Below are positions 51,055 to 60,302 of a DNA stretch of 64,000 bases, in pieces. Source of the DNA: an uncultured virus (IMG/VR IMGVR_UViG_3300025633_000001) (Duplodnaviria; Heunggongvirae; Uroviricota; Caudoviricetes); the IMG/VR virus record IMGVR_UViG_3300025633_000001. One strand, given 5' to 3'. Position 1 is the first letter of the stretch. Each line of letters opens with the position of its first letter. The translations under genes and the position numbers were made by a program. The notes beneath the pieces are model-generated. The model worked only from the letters and a program-made list of their open reading frames with translations, searched no databases and had not been told where the DNA came from.

Positions 51055-51525
51055 ATGGGTGAGCCGATGCGGGCGCTTTCTGTCCGGCAACCCTGGGCAT
51101 GGGCCATCTGCCACGGGAAAGACGTGGAGAACCGCAGCCGGGGCACGAGGCACCGCGGCCTGCTAGCCATCCACGCGAGCAAAAGCGCGCCGTTCAAGGC
51201 GGATCTGGATGACCTCCGCATCGCCGACCTGATCGTCGTGAACGGCTTCCGGCTGGATGACCCGCCGTCCGCACAGGGCACCGTCGTCGCCGTGGCTGAG
51301 CTGACCGGCTGTCATCGCGCGGATGAGTGCATGCGCCCTGCCGTGTCCCTCCCTCCCGGCTGCTCGCCGTGGGCTGCTAGCGGTCAATGGCACTGGCAGC
51401 TGGCCAGCGTCAGCCCGCTTCCCGATCCCGTCCCCTGCAGGGGAGCACTCGGCCTGTGGCGTCTCCCTGATGACGTGGAGAAGCTGGTACGGGAGCAACT
51501 GGAGGCGACCGATGGACATTCCTAA
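51055..51525 (+). CDS. ASCH-domain protein
   Basis: ALSVRQPWAWAI..GKDVENR...RGLLAIHA...CRGALGLW. Confidence 0.88.
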   Translation: MGEPMRALSVRQPWAWAICHGKDVENRSRGTRHRGLLAIHASKSAPFKADLDDLRIADLIVVNGFRLDDPPSAQGTVVAVAELTGCHRADECMRPAVSLPPGCSPWAASGQWHWQLASVSPLPDPVPCRGALGLWRLPDDVEKLVREQLEATDGHS

Positions 51526-52152
51526 GGCCGCCATCGATGCTGTCTCCGAAGCGATAGGACTGGATGAGTTCGACGCACGGGCAGCCATGGAAGCAGCCTC
51601 ACCGATCCTGGCCGAGGCGTGGGGAGTGACTGCCGAGCGCAAGCCCGGCGCCACCCGTGATCCGCGAGCCCGGATTCCCTGCCGTCGCTGCGAAGCGCAG
51701 CCAGGCCGGCACTGTGTCACGTCATCGGGAACCAGGGCGCCCGTGGTGCATGCCGAGCGCCGCAACGACTGGCGCCGGGCCGAAGGTCAGACGGCCGGAA
51801 TGATGGAGGCCGAGGGCACGCAGATGGACCGCTTCCCGCCTGCCCCGGAGGTGTCCGGTGCCTGACTCGAACCGCATCTACCTCGATCCCGGCTCCCGCA
51901 TGTCCGGACGCTACGACCCTCCCCGCCGCTGCGTCCTTATAACCCCTCAGGGTCCGGTAATCCTTGCCTCGCGCTACCCAGAGGGAGCGGGATTCCTGGC
52001 GGTCCGGTGGCGGCGCGGCGAGTCGCCCCGGAGCGCACCGGCCAACGTCGCGGTCCGCTACCTGGACGATGAAACCGAGGCGGTGATCCCGGCAAGGGGT
52101 CGGCTGCGGCGGCTACCGGAGAATGACCCCGCATCCCGGTAAGATGATCAGC

Positions 52153-52227
<75 letters not shown>

Positions 52228-52228
52228 C

Positions 52229-52287
52229 GGTTGCGGGTTCGAGTCCCGCCGTTCGGCTCGTCCGGGCGTAGCTCAATCGGTAGAGCA
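52229..52287 (+). ncRNA. Circularly permuted, anticodon-less tRNA-like RNA (YrlA-like topology)
   Basis: T arm GCGGG-TTCGAGT-CCCGC, then acceptor hairpin CGTTCGG-CTCGT-CCGGGCG, then TA + D arm GCTC-AATCGGTA-GAGC. Confidence 0.7.
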
Positions 52288-52291
52288 GGGG

Positions 52292-52323
52292 AACGCGCGT
52301 TCAGGGCAACCTGGGCGCGCGTT
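52292..52323 (+). terminator. Strong GNRA-capped hairpin ending the tRNA unit
   Basis: AACGCGCGTTCAGG-GCAA-CCTGGGCGCGCGTT. Confidence 0.55.
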
Positions 52324-52686
52324 GCCTATTGCGCCCCCACGCCTCTTCCCTCGCTGCCGCTCTAACTCCCAGCTAACGCTGGGACTTGGACTTCGCCCGC
52401 TGCTGTCCGGGTCCGGCCGGAGCCGGGGAAGGTGTCGAGCATGAGACCAGTCTCCTCCGGGCGGCTCCCCCAGGCCTCTGGCGGACCCGGAGGTCGTGCG
52501 TTGCTCCTTTCGAACGGTTCTCGAAGCAGCGGCGCAGGCCTCGCGGTCTGTTTTCCGCGCTCTCCGTCATGGGATCAGTTCCGGGGACAATACCTGCGCG
52601 ATCGCAGTAGTTCACGGTGGTATAGATAGTGCCTTTTACCTGCACGTATATACGCCTAGGACCCTCTGCATACTCCGGGTAAGCGA

Positions 52687-52730
52687 ACTCGTAATGCGTA
52701 GGTCATCGGTTCGATTCCGATAGGCGGCTC
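52687..52730 (+). other. attP core = 3' half of tRNA-Thr(CGT)
   Basis: CTCGTAA loop, TGCGT, AGGTC, ATCGG-TTCGATT-CCGAT, AGGCGGCT with no 5' half; next to integrase stop; arm-like TGGGA(T/C)CA at 52570 and 52779. Confidence 0.85.
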
Positions 52731-52761
52731 GATCTGACCAGCAGATATACCACCAGAATCG

Positions 52762-54195
52762 TTAACGATCCTGGCCTGTGGGACCATTCTTGGTTCCAGT
52801 TATTCTTTTGTTATCAAAAGCGTAGAGGTCCCCGACGCGGTCCGCGGCGTCCTCGAGGAGCCCTTCGGAGGCGTGGCTGTACCGGCTCGTGATCCGGATG
52901 TCGGAGTGGCCGAGCGCCTGCATCACGACCGCGATGGCCACGCCGCGTTCGAGCATGATGGTCGCCGCCGTGTGCCGCATGATGTGCAGCCGCTGGCGCG
53001 ACATCCCGGCTGACTCGAGGATGGACTGCCACTCGCCCCAGTCGCGGCGAGGGTCGACCGGCCGGCCGTTCCACTGGGTGAAGACGAGCTCGTTCTCCTC
53101 CCACTCGGCGTCGGCTGTGAGCCGCTGGAGATACTGCGCGTCCCGGTGGGCCTTCAGGGCGGGCAGGAGCTCGCGGGGGAGCTTCACCCGCTTGCGCCGC
53201 TTCTCCTTGATCGGCCGCAGCACCAGCCCCCCGGATATCTCAGTGCACCCGCGGGGGAGCTTGCGCTTCGGGCAGTACTGGGCATGGGCGGTGCAATCGC
53301 GCTCGCACAGTTTCCCCCTCGTCCCGGACGCGCTCCGGGCCGTGTCGCCGCCGTCCTGCGGGCAGACATGCTTGCGGCCCTGCTTCCTGGCTGCCTTCGG
53401 GCACGGCTTCGGGCAGGGCAACCGGTGGTGCCTCATACCGCAGGCGTGCGGGTCATCGCAGCCGTGTTCCCACGCGAGCCGCTGGAGCTGGTACCAGATC
53501 CGCATCCATCCCGTCTCGAGGTCGATGAAGGACCAGCGGAGCCCGAGCGCCTCACCCTGCCGCAGGCCGGTAGCGAGGCCCACCGACCACCGGACGCCGT
53601 TCGGGCGCCCCATCGCGATGGCCGCGATGTTCTGCGCCTGGGCCTGCGTCAGTGCGGTGATGTCGGGTTCGTCGGCGGACGGTGCCTGGACATGCTCGAG
53701 CGGGTTCCGCTTGACGATGCCGCTCTTGACGAGTTCCTCGTACGCGCTGGACAGGATCGCGTGGACCTTGCGGACATGGCTCGGGGCGTGCTTCTCCAGC
53801 ATCTCGGCGAAGCCGTCCTCGATCTGGTCGCGCCGCAGCCGGTCGGTTCGCATGCCGCCCCACCGCGGGTAGATGTCGTTCTTGCACTTGGAGCGGTAGT
53901 CGGCGATGGTCCGCGGCGCCCGGCCGCGACCTGGCAGGACAACGGCCAGGTGCCGTTCGAGCATCTCCCGGACCGTCGGTGCCTTGCCCGCCTTGGTGAC
54001 GCGGCCCTCATCGCGCTGCGCTTCTAGTTCCTTGACCCTGGCCCGGACATCCTTGAGCGTCTTGCGCTGGATGTGCCGGCGGTCGGGGGAGCCGTCGCCC
54101 TTGGTTCCCATCCACACCTTGGCCTCGTAGTACCCCTGTACATTCGGAGCGCTGCTTATCCACGAGTCAAGGTTGGCCTTCCGGGGCCCGGTCAT
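52762..54195 (-). CDS. int: Tyrosine integrase
   Basis: GLRQGE, HxxRH (LHIMRH), LGHS, RY catalytic motifs; Cys/His-rich insert. Confidence 0.95.
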   Translation of the reverse strand: MTGPRKANLDSWISSAPNVQGYYEAKVWMGTKGDGSPDRRHIQRKTLKDVRARVKELEAQRDEGRVTKAGKAPTVREMLERHLAVVLPGRGRAPRTIADYRSKCKNDIYPRWGGMRTDRLRRDQIEDGFAEMLEKHAPSHVRKVHAILSSAYEELVKSGIVKRNPLEHVQAPSADEPDITALTQAQAQNIAAIAMGRPNGVRWSVGLATGLRQGEALGLRWSFIDLETGWMRIWYQLQRLAWEHGCDDPHACGMRHHRLPCPKPCPKAARKQGRKHVCPQDGGDTARSASGTRGKLCERDCTAHAQYCPKRKLPRGCTEISGGLVLRPIKEKRRKRVKLPRELLPALKAHRDAQYLQRLTADAEWEENELVFTQWNGRPVDPRRDWGEWQSILESAGMSRQRLHIMRHTAATIMLERGVAIAVVMQALGHSDIRITSRYSHASEGLLEDAADRVGDLYAFDNKRITGTKNGPTGQDR

Positions 54196-54713
54196 CGCTG
54201 CCCCCCGCGCCCTGTCCGGTTCTCCGGGTCCTCGTGTTCCTCGTACCGCCTGACCCCTTCGGCGACCGCAGCGTCCAGGGTGTGCCTGCCCAGCCGGACG
54301 GCGGCCTCGGCGCGCAGCGCCTGGACACGCGGCGACTGCCCAGCGTCCGTGTCAGCGAGCACCTTCGCCGCTCTCTCCCGGGCAGTCAGCAGGGCGTGCA
54401 CGAACCTGGCCACGTACCCGGCCGACGCCTCCAGGTCCGCCCCGGCGCTGATCACCATTTCCATCGCGTCCGATTCCGGTGAGGACAGGGTGAGCCGATC
54501 CAGGGTGACCCCGAGGACATCGGCGAGGATGACGGCCTCGGCGAGCTTGACCTTCTGCTGGCCGCTCTCGATGCGCCCGACTGTCTGCTGATGCCACGGG
54601 ACGCCGCGCGCCCTCATCGCCGCCGCGAGGACATCCTGCGACATGGCGCCCCGCAGTGACTGCACATTCATGGCGAGGCGGCGGTCCAGCTCCTCCGCGT
54701 TGCTGTCATTCAT
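54192..54713 (-). CDS. XRE-family repressor coupled to int
   Basis: MSQDVLAAAM...WHQQTVGRIESG. Confidence 0.8.
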   Translation of the reverse strand: MNDSNAEELDRRLAMNVQSLRGAMSQDVLAAAMRARGVPWHQQTVGRIESGQQKVKLAEAVILADVLGVTLDRLTLSSPESDAMEMVISAGADLEASAGYVARFVHALLTARERAAKVLADTDAGQSPRVQALRAEAAVRLGRHTLDAAVAEGVRRYEEHEDPENRTGRGGQR

Positions 54714-54778
54714 ACTCCCGGAGACTACAACATACTGTTGTGGTTGCACACGTACGGATCATGTGACATATTTCCGTT

Positions 54779-55024
54779 GTGGCAGAAGACAGCAAGACCA
54801 TGTTGCTCAAACCCGCCGAGGCGATGACAGAACTGCGCATCAGCAGGGCGACCCTGTGGAAGCTGCTGGGCCTGGGCAAAACCGGCGAGGCACCGGAGAT
54901 CGAGTCGTTCCTGATCGCGCCGAACGCCAGGCGCATCCCGCGGACCTCGATCGAGGCTTACGTAGCCCGGAAGCTCGGCAATGCCGCGTCTCCGGCCTCC
55001 GCCGATCAGGCTGACGCCGCATGA
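54779..55024 (+). CDS. Excisionase-like HTH
   Basis: LLKPAEAMTELRISRATLWKLL...RRIPRTSIEAY. Confidence 0.78.
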   Translation: MAEDSKTMLLKPAEAMTELRISRATLWKLLGLGKTGEAPEIESFLIAPNARRIPRTSIEAYVARKLGNAASPASADQADAA

Positions 55025-55067
55025 GCGCGGCAGGCGAGCGGGTAGCTGCCTACCGGGAGGCGTCCTG

Positions 55068-55862
55068 ATGAGGCTCGACAGCGACGTTCTGGCCGTCCTT
55101 GCGGCGGCTGAGACCACCGGCAACGTCCTCAAGCTGACCGGCCAGCTCGACCGCGCGCTGTACGTCAAGGTCGGCAAAGCGATCGAGACGGCTGGCGGGA
55201 AGTGGAACCGCAAGGCCGGGGTGCACATCTTCAGCACCGACGCGGCTACGGTTGTCGCGGGGATGCTCGATGCCGGGACGGTGACGTCCGAGCGGACCAC
55301 GCAGCAGTTCTTCCCGACACCGCCCGAGGTGGTGGCCCGGCTCATCACCGCAGCGGCTCTCAGTCCGTCCCATCTGGTGCTGGAGCCTTCGGCGGGACAC
55401 GGTGCGATAGCCGGCCCGGTCGCGGCGAGGGTCCGTGCCGTGGACTGCATCGAACTCCACGAGCAGCATGCCGCCGTGATCCGCAGTGCCGGATACGCGC
55501 GCAACGTCACGACCGCCGACTTTCTCGCCGTCGCGCCCGAGCCCGTCTATGACCGGGTGATCATGAACCCGCCGTTCGCAGGGAAGGCCGACGTCGCTCA
55601 CGTGCAGCACGCCTTGCAATTCGTCAAGCCGGGCGGCGTGCTGGTGTCGGTGATGTCCAGCGGGGTCACCTTCCGGGCCGACCGGGCGACCGCCGGACTT
55701 CGCGAGGCAATCGCCGGGGCGGGCGGCGCGATCGAGACACTGCCGCTCCGCGCCTTCGCCGAATCCGGCACCGACGTGGGAGCGGTCATCGTGATGATCC
55801 CGAATCCGGCCGTCGTCGCCGCTGTCGCCGAGCAGCTTGACCTGTTCGGGAGCGTCGCCTAA
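55068..55862 (+). CDS. SAM-dependent amino (N6A/N4C)-type methyltransferase
   Basis: FFPTP, LEPSAGHG, DF, IMNPPF. Confidence 0.82.
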   Translation: MRLDSDVLAVLAAAETTGNVLKLTGQLDRALYVKVGKAIETAGGKWNRKAGVHIFSTDAATVVAGMLDAGTVTSERTTQQFFPTPPEVVARLITAAALSPSHLVLEPSAGHGAIAGPVAARVRAVDCIELHEQHAAVIRSAGYARNVTTADFLAVAPEPVYDRVIMNPPFAGKADVAHVQHALQFVKPGGVLVSVMSSGVTFRADRATAGLREAIAGAGGAIETLPLRAFAESGTDVGAVIVMIPNPAVVAAVAEQLDLFGSVA

Positions 55863-55948
55863 CCACCACATACTCCCGCCCCGCGTAACACCGGGGCGAT
55901 GAGCGGCCGGGCGCAGGGTCCGGCCGATGCACAACAGCAAGGAACTCA

Positions 55949-56752
55949 ATGTCCAACCTCAAGTCCAAGGTCTTCGCCGCTACTGCGGCCCTAACCCTCA
56001 TCGGCGGCGTCGGCGCGGTAGCCGCCACCTCCGCCAGTGCAGCCACCCCGTCGTGCGGGGCGTCGTGCATCGACCTGTTCTCCAAGAGCTTCGGCACCTA
56101 TCACAATCCCCAGTTCGTGATGGACGTGTACAAGCAGGGCGAGCACGTAGGACAGAAGATCATCCTGTTCCGCGAGGCCAACTCCGACCCGGCCGAGGAC
56201 TTCACCGTCTCCGAGGAAGGGCAGGTGTCGGACTTCTACCAGGCTGGTCTCGTCACGGCGCAGCTGAACCTGCATTACGGGTGCAACTTCAACCTGAACA
56301 CGGGCAAGTGCGCGGACGGGAAGAAGCCCGCGAACACGACCCTGACGGATGACTACGCGTTCGAGGTGCAGTACTCGCCGTTCGGCGTGGACTCGGGCCT
56401 GTGCGCGGGGGTTGCCGGCACCGCGACGGCGGGCGAGGGCGTCACCCTCCAGCCGTGCGGCGTCACCAGCAAGACAGTGTGGGTGGTGGACACGGAGGAT
56501 TCCTGCCTGTCCAACCCGCTGTACTCCAACGAGCTGCCCGTGATCAACGGGTCGGACACGAACTTCTCGGAGCCGTTCGTGCTCAACTACCCCGCGGCGG
56601 CTTATCCGACGGATGCCACCCGCCCGCAGCTGACCACAGTCAACCTGAACGGGTTCTCGCAGACCGGGAACGGCCTGTGCGGCGGCACGGGGCTGGTGAC
56701 CGGCGTCAACAGCAACGAGCTGTGGGCCGCCGACGCTGGCGTCCTGCCGTAG
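55949..56752 (+). CDS. Secreted Cys-containing protein, possibly ricin-B/beta-trefoil-like
   Basis: Sec signal ending ASA-A; LCAGV...GVTLQPC...VW pattern; AAGGA RBS; downstream hairpin. Confidence 0.6.
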   Translation: MSNLKSKVFAATAALTLIGGVGAVAATSASAATPSCGASCIDLFSKSFGTYHNPQFVMDVYKQGEHVGQKIILFREANSDPAEDFTVSEEGQVSDFYQAGLVTAQLNLHYGCNFNLNTGKCADGKKPANTTLTDDYAFEVQYSPFGVDSGLCAGVAGTATAGEGVTLQPCGVTSKTVWVVDTEDSCLSNPLYSNELPVINGSDTNFSEPFVLNYPAAAYPTDATRPQLTTVNLNGFSQTGNGLCGGTGLVTGVNSNELWAADAGVLP

Positions 56753-56768
56753 CCAGCTAGATGTTCAC

Positions 56769-56803
56769 GGCCGGGCGGTTCCGGGAAGCCGGGCCGCCCG
56801 GTC
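56769..56803 (+). terminator. GC-rich hairpin terminator
   Basis: GGCCGGGCGG..CCGG-GAAG-CCGG.CCGCCCGGTC. Confidence 0.5.
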
Positions 56804-56945
56804 TGGGACATAAGAAAAAAGCCCCCCCCCATTACGGGAGGGGAATGCACCTCAAGGCACTAATTTCGTGTCCGTTTTCGGTACAATTGAATATCGGCCC
56901 CTCGGACCTGTTAGCGCAGGTCCGAGGGGTAAAACATCGACCTGA

Positions 56946-57632
56946 ATGGACCAGGGCGACATGTCAGAGGTTACGTTTGGCGACCCGCCAACGAGAGGCC
57001 GGGGTGACGTTTCCGTCGCAGGGCTGGAGGAATTCACCTTCCTGCCGGTGCCCGGAACATCAGCGACGTTCGCCGCAAGGGTGTTCAGCAAGATCGATGC
57101 TTCCGGCGACTGCTGGGAGTGGCTGGGTGCGACCAACAAGGGCTACGGCGTCGTCGGCCGCGGCGGTCGTGGGGCCGGCCTCATGCCGGCCCACTGTGCC
57201 GTATGGGAGTTGCTCGTCGGCCCGATCGAGGATGGCCTGCAATATGACCACCTGTGCCGGAATCACGGGTGCGTGAACCCGGCTCACGGGGATCCAGTCC
57301 CAGATTTCATCAACAAGGAGCGCGGCTTCAGTCTGACCGTCCTCTACTCCAAGCGCGAGACGTGCGAGTTCGGTCACCTTCTCGACGGCCGGCTCGGCGG
57401 TCGCGGTGGCAGAGCGAGGCACCGCTACTGCAAGACGTGTGCCCGGATCAGGCAGGCGGCGATCAACGCGCTCAAGCCAGCCAAGCCGCCGCGCACTCAC
57501 TGCAACAGCGGCCTGCACCCGTGGATCGAAGAGAACATCTACGTCCACCCGAAACGAGGTACGGGCACATGCAAGATCTGCAAGGCCGAGCGCCAAAGCG
57601 CCGCCAAAGAAGCGCTCAGGCAGGCCGCTTAG
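56946..57632 (+). CDS. HNH endonuclease with two C-terminal Zn-finger repeats
   Basis: DCWEW, GYG, DHLCRN.GCVNPAH; TCEFGH..CKTC and THCNSGLH..CKIC; flanked by 13-bp hairpins. Confidence 0.82.
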   Translation: MDQGDMSEVTFGDPPTRGRGDVSVAGLEEFTFLPVPGTSATFAARVFSKIDASGDCWEWLGATNKGYGVVGRGGRGAGLMPAHCAVWELLVGPIEDGLQYDHLCRNHGCVNPAHGDPVPDFINKERGFSLTVLYSKRETCEFGHLLDGRLGGRGGRARHRYCKTCARIRQAAINALKPAKPPRTHCNSGLHPWIEENIYVHPKRGTGTCKICKAERQSAAKEALRQAA

Positions 57633-57752
57633 TCCGATCCCCTCTCGGATGTCCGCAACATCCGAGAGGGCCAAATGAGTACCGCTATAACCGCAGAAAG
57701 AATCATATCCCCAGGTCAGCGTCCTGGGGCTACAACTGGGAGGGTACAGCAA

Positions 57753-58175
57753 ATGCCGTCAGACCTGGAGTATGAGAAGTTGCTGACGCCGGCGGAATGT
57801 GCCGCACTATGGCGCGTGGATCCGAAAACGGTGACCCGATGGGAGAAGGCGGGGAAGCTGTCCTCTATCCGCACGCTGGGCGGTCACCGCAGGTACAAGG
57901 AAGCGGAGGTCCGGGCGCTGCTCGCGGGCGGTGCGCGGGTGACGGACCCGCTGGCCGCGCCGCTCCACACGCTGTGGCCTGCCGACGTCACGTCGGCCGT
58001 GCGGAGCCGGCTCACGGGCAAGGGTGTCGCGACCGTGGGGAAGCTCGCGGCCCTGGACGCGGCCGGGCTGAGGGGGCTGGGATTCCGGCCGGCGCAGGTG
58101 GATGAGATCCGGCTGGTGCTGTTCCGCAAGGGGCTGGCACTGCGCGGGGAAGTCGTGGACAGCAAGGCCGCGTGA
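57753..58175 (+). CDS. BldC-like HTH fused to RNAP alphaCTD-like domain
   Basis: LLTPAE...RVDPKTVTRW.KAGKL.SIRTLGGHRRY.EAEVRALLAG, then ~70-aa L..KGV.TVG.L...DEI...L...GL.L. Confidence 0.8.
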   Translation: MPSDLEYEKLLTPAECAALWRVDPKTVTRWEKAGKLSSIRTLGGHRRYKEAEVRALLAGGARVTDPLAAPLHTLWPADVTSAVRSRLTGKGVATVGKLAALDAAGLRGLGFRPAQVDEIRLVLFRKGLALRGEVVDSKAA

Positions 58176-58220
58176 CCGGTCCCGAGCAGCAACAAACAAG
58201 TAATCTTCTCCCGCAACGCC

Positions 58221-58269
58221 AAAAGCGGCCCCCGCCTCCAGCCCGAAGGCTAGAAGCGGGGGCCGCTCT
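58221..58269. terminator. Hairpin between convergent transcription units
   Basis: AGCGGCCCCCGC...GCGGGGGCCGCT with adjacent A-run. Confidence 0.7.
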
Positions 58270-58296
58270 GTGTGCGCCGTAGCGCTACAGCATCAG

Positions 58297-58650
58297 CTAG
58301 GCCGAAGGCGTAACCGGCGCCGGGTTCGCCGCAGCGGTCAGCGCCGCCACGGTGGAGTCGTCGGCACCCTGGGCGGTCAGCAGATCCGCGACCGCCTGCC
58401 GCAGCTTGGTTGTGTCCGCGCCCGCCTGCTCCAGGGCCAGGATCTGGGTCACGACACCCTGGATGGCGGTGTCCTTGGTCCCGAGGTCCGAGACCTCGCC
58501 CTCGATGGTACTGGTGGCGCTGTCGATGTCGCCCTGCTCGGTGCTCTGGTTGCTCATGATCTTGTCCAGCTTCCTGTCGATGCGGCGTAGCCGCTGGTTG
58601 ATTTGCGCGAGTGCCTGCCGGGTTGACTGGCACCAGGGGTTGAGGCACAT
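58297..58650 (-). CDS. Small coiled-coil hypothetical protein
   Basis: End of lysis-side operon; start uncertain. Confidence 0.5.
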   Translation of the reverse strand: MCLNPWCQSTRQALAQINQRLRRIDRKLDKIMSNQSTEQGDIDSATSTIEGEVSDLGTKDTAIQGVVTQILALEQAGADTTKLRQAVADLLTAQGADDSTVAALTAAANPAPVTPSA

Positions 58651-58653
58651 GGG

Positions 58654-58905
58654 TTACAGGTCTTCGCCGATGAGCTTGCCGAGGGCGGACACAGCAGCGG
58701 CGACGACGGCCTGAACGGCAGCCTGAACGCTCGGCCCGGCCGCCTCGATGGCCTTCGCGGCGTCGGCTTCGAGCTGGTCCTTGACCTTGCCGACCTCGGT
58801 CTTCAGGTCCGTGATGGCCTGCTCGGCGTCACGGCGGGCCTCGCCGGACAGCTCCGACCAATCGGCGCGGACAGCGGCTTCGATCTTCTCGAATGCAGCG
58901 AACAT
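58654..58905 (-). CDS. Small helical hypothetical protein
   Basis: GAAGGG RBS; amphipathic. Confidence 0.5.
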   Translation of the reverse strand: MFAAFEKIEAAVRADWSELSGEARRDAEQAITDLKTEVGKVKDQLEADAAKAIEAAGPSVQAAVQAVVAAAVSALGKLIGEDL

Positions 58906-58932
58906 GACAGTTCCCTTCGTGGTTGGTGCGGA

Positions 58933-59670
58933 TCAGGCGGCGAGGGCGGGCAGGTCGGCCTTGAGCGCGGCGAGGTTGATCCCGTGGCCGTCGTCGCCAG
59001 CCTTGACCAGTTCCTCGGGCAGAACGGCCCACGCTTCGTCGGACATCTGGTGCCAGGCCGGGTAGGCGATGCGGATGGTCGAACCCCACGTCACGCCGTA
59101 CAGCCAGTTCGAGTCGTAGCCCGCCAGGATGATGCAGTGGCCGCCTGCCGCTCCGCCGCCGAGGTCATCGAGCGTCCATGTCCACGGGCCGTTGCTGCCT
59201 TGAACGGCGGACATCATGTCGTTGCTGACGGTGATCCCGACGTAGGCCGAGTCGTAGGCGTCGATGGCGTAGGTCAGCGTGGGCACGTCATGGACGGCCA
59301 CGGGAGCGTAGGCGGTCACCTTGTGCTTGTAGAAGGCGTGCTTGCGGACGTAGGCCAGGAAGTCGGCCAGGACCACACCCGAGTCCTGGCCGCCCGTGTA
59401 CCGCATGTAGTACTTCACGACCTGCTCGGCGGTCGGGAAGGCCTCAGTCTCGCCGGCGTCGGCAGCAGCGGCCTTGAACAGGTGGTCTAGTCCCGCCACG
59501 CCGCAATCGCCGTAAGTATCGTTTCCGTCCATATTCCAGTCAGCGACGGACGGTACGGCGACACTCGCCGGAGCGGCCGGGAGCTTGCCGGCGGCGTAGT
59601 AGGTCAGGTCATGCAGGCCTACCGGGATCTGGCCCGGAAGGCGGCCGAGTTTGAAACTGGTCGAGGTCAT
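58933..59670 (-). CDS. Papain-like cysteine peptidase
   Basis: GNDTYGDCGVAG (Cys), GGHCIILAGYD (His), TWG. Confidence 0.72.
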   Translation of the reverse strand: MTSTSFKLGRLPGQIPVGLHDLTYYAAGKLPAAPASVAVPSVADWNMDGNDTYGDCGVAGLDHLFKAAAADAGETEAFPTAEQVVKYYMRYTGGQDSGVVLADFLAYVRKHAFYKHKVTAYAPVAVHDVPTLTYAIDAYDSAYVGITVSNDMMSAVQGSNGPWTWTLDDLGGGAAGGHCIILAGYDSNWLYGVTWGSTIRIAYPAWHQMSDEAWAVLPEELVKAGDDGHGINLAALKADLPALAA

Positions 59671-59691
59671 ACGGATTGCCTCCTATGCCTG

Positions 59692-59749
59692 TTTCTCATC
59701 ACGAGAAAAACCTGCTTCTCATCATGAGAATGTTTGTCACCTTGAGAAA
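59692..59749. repeat. Three TCTCA-N3-TGAGA-type palindromic boxes
   Basis: TTTCTCATCACGAGAAA, TTCTCATCATGAGAA, TTTGTCACCTTGAGAAA. Confidence 0.85.
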
Positions 59750-59810
59750 TTCGCCGAGCCTATGACCTGCTGATTTGACAGGCTTTCGGGCTGAGGGCTA
59801 GGAACTGGTG

Positions 59811-60302
59811 TTAGCGGTCTTGACCGGATCCCCGCGCCTTCAGCGCTCGGTAGGCTGAGGCCAGCGCGACATGGCCTAGCTTCGAGATCCGGGCAAGCTC
59901 GCCGCCCCGAGGCAAATCCGGGTAACCCTCTAGTGCTGCGAGCGCCCGCACCCTGACCTCAGCGTGGTCGCCCGTGTCTGCGGTGAGGATGTCCGCGAGC
60001 CGGTCGAGGATGTCATGCTTCTCTTTCGACGGGATCGGCAGGCATCCCGGGGTGATGCTGTACTCGCGAATCAGTGCTAGCCGTACTTTCGCGTTGTTCT
60101 CGCAGGCGAAGCAGTTGAGCTTGATCCGGTCACCGTCAACTGAGATGCCGAGCGAGGGATTGCGGTCGGCGTGGGCGGGGCACCTGACGCGAACGCTGTA
60201 CGGATCGCGCTGCCCGTCGTCGCTGATTTTGTGCTTCGCGCCGGGGAGCTTTGGCAGCACGTGCCACGTGAAGCACTCGCGAGCCGGGGAGCCGCACCCC
60301 AT
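59811..60302 (-). CDS. Primase-type Zn-finger + HTH-like protein (copy 2)
   Basis: RCPAHADRNPSL...CFAC; shares C..WHV.P.L, CLPI, LPRG, ASAYR and GQD with 27024-27719. Confidence 0.72.
   Translation of the reverse strand: MGCGSPARECFTWHVLPKLPGAKHKISDDGQRDPYSVRVRCPAHADRNPSLGISVDGDRIKLNCFACENNAKVRLALIREYSITPGCLPIPSKEKHDILDRLADILTADTGDHAEVRVRALAALEGYPDLPRGGELARISKLGHVALASAYRALKARGSGQDR

Noticed and set aside
52687..52730. Functional tRNA-Thr gene
   Set aside because: 5' half absent; better explained as the attP core
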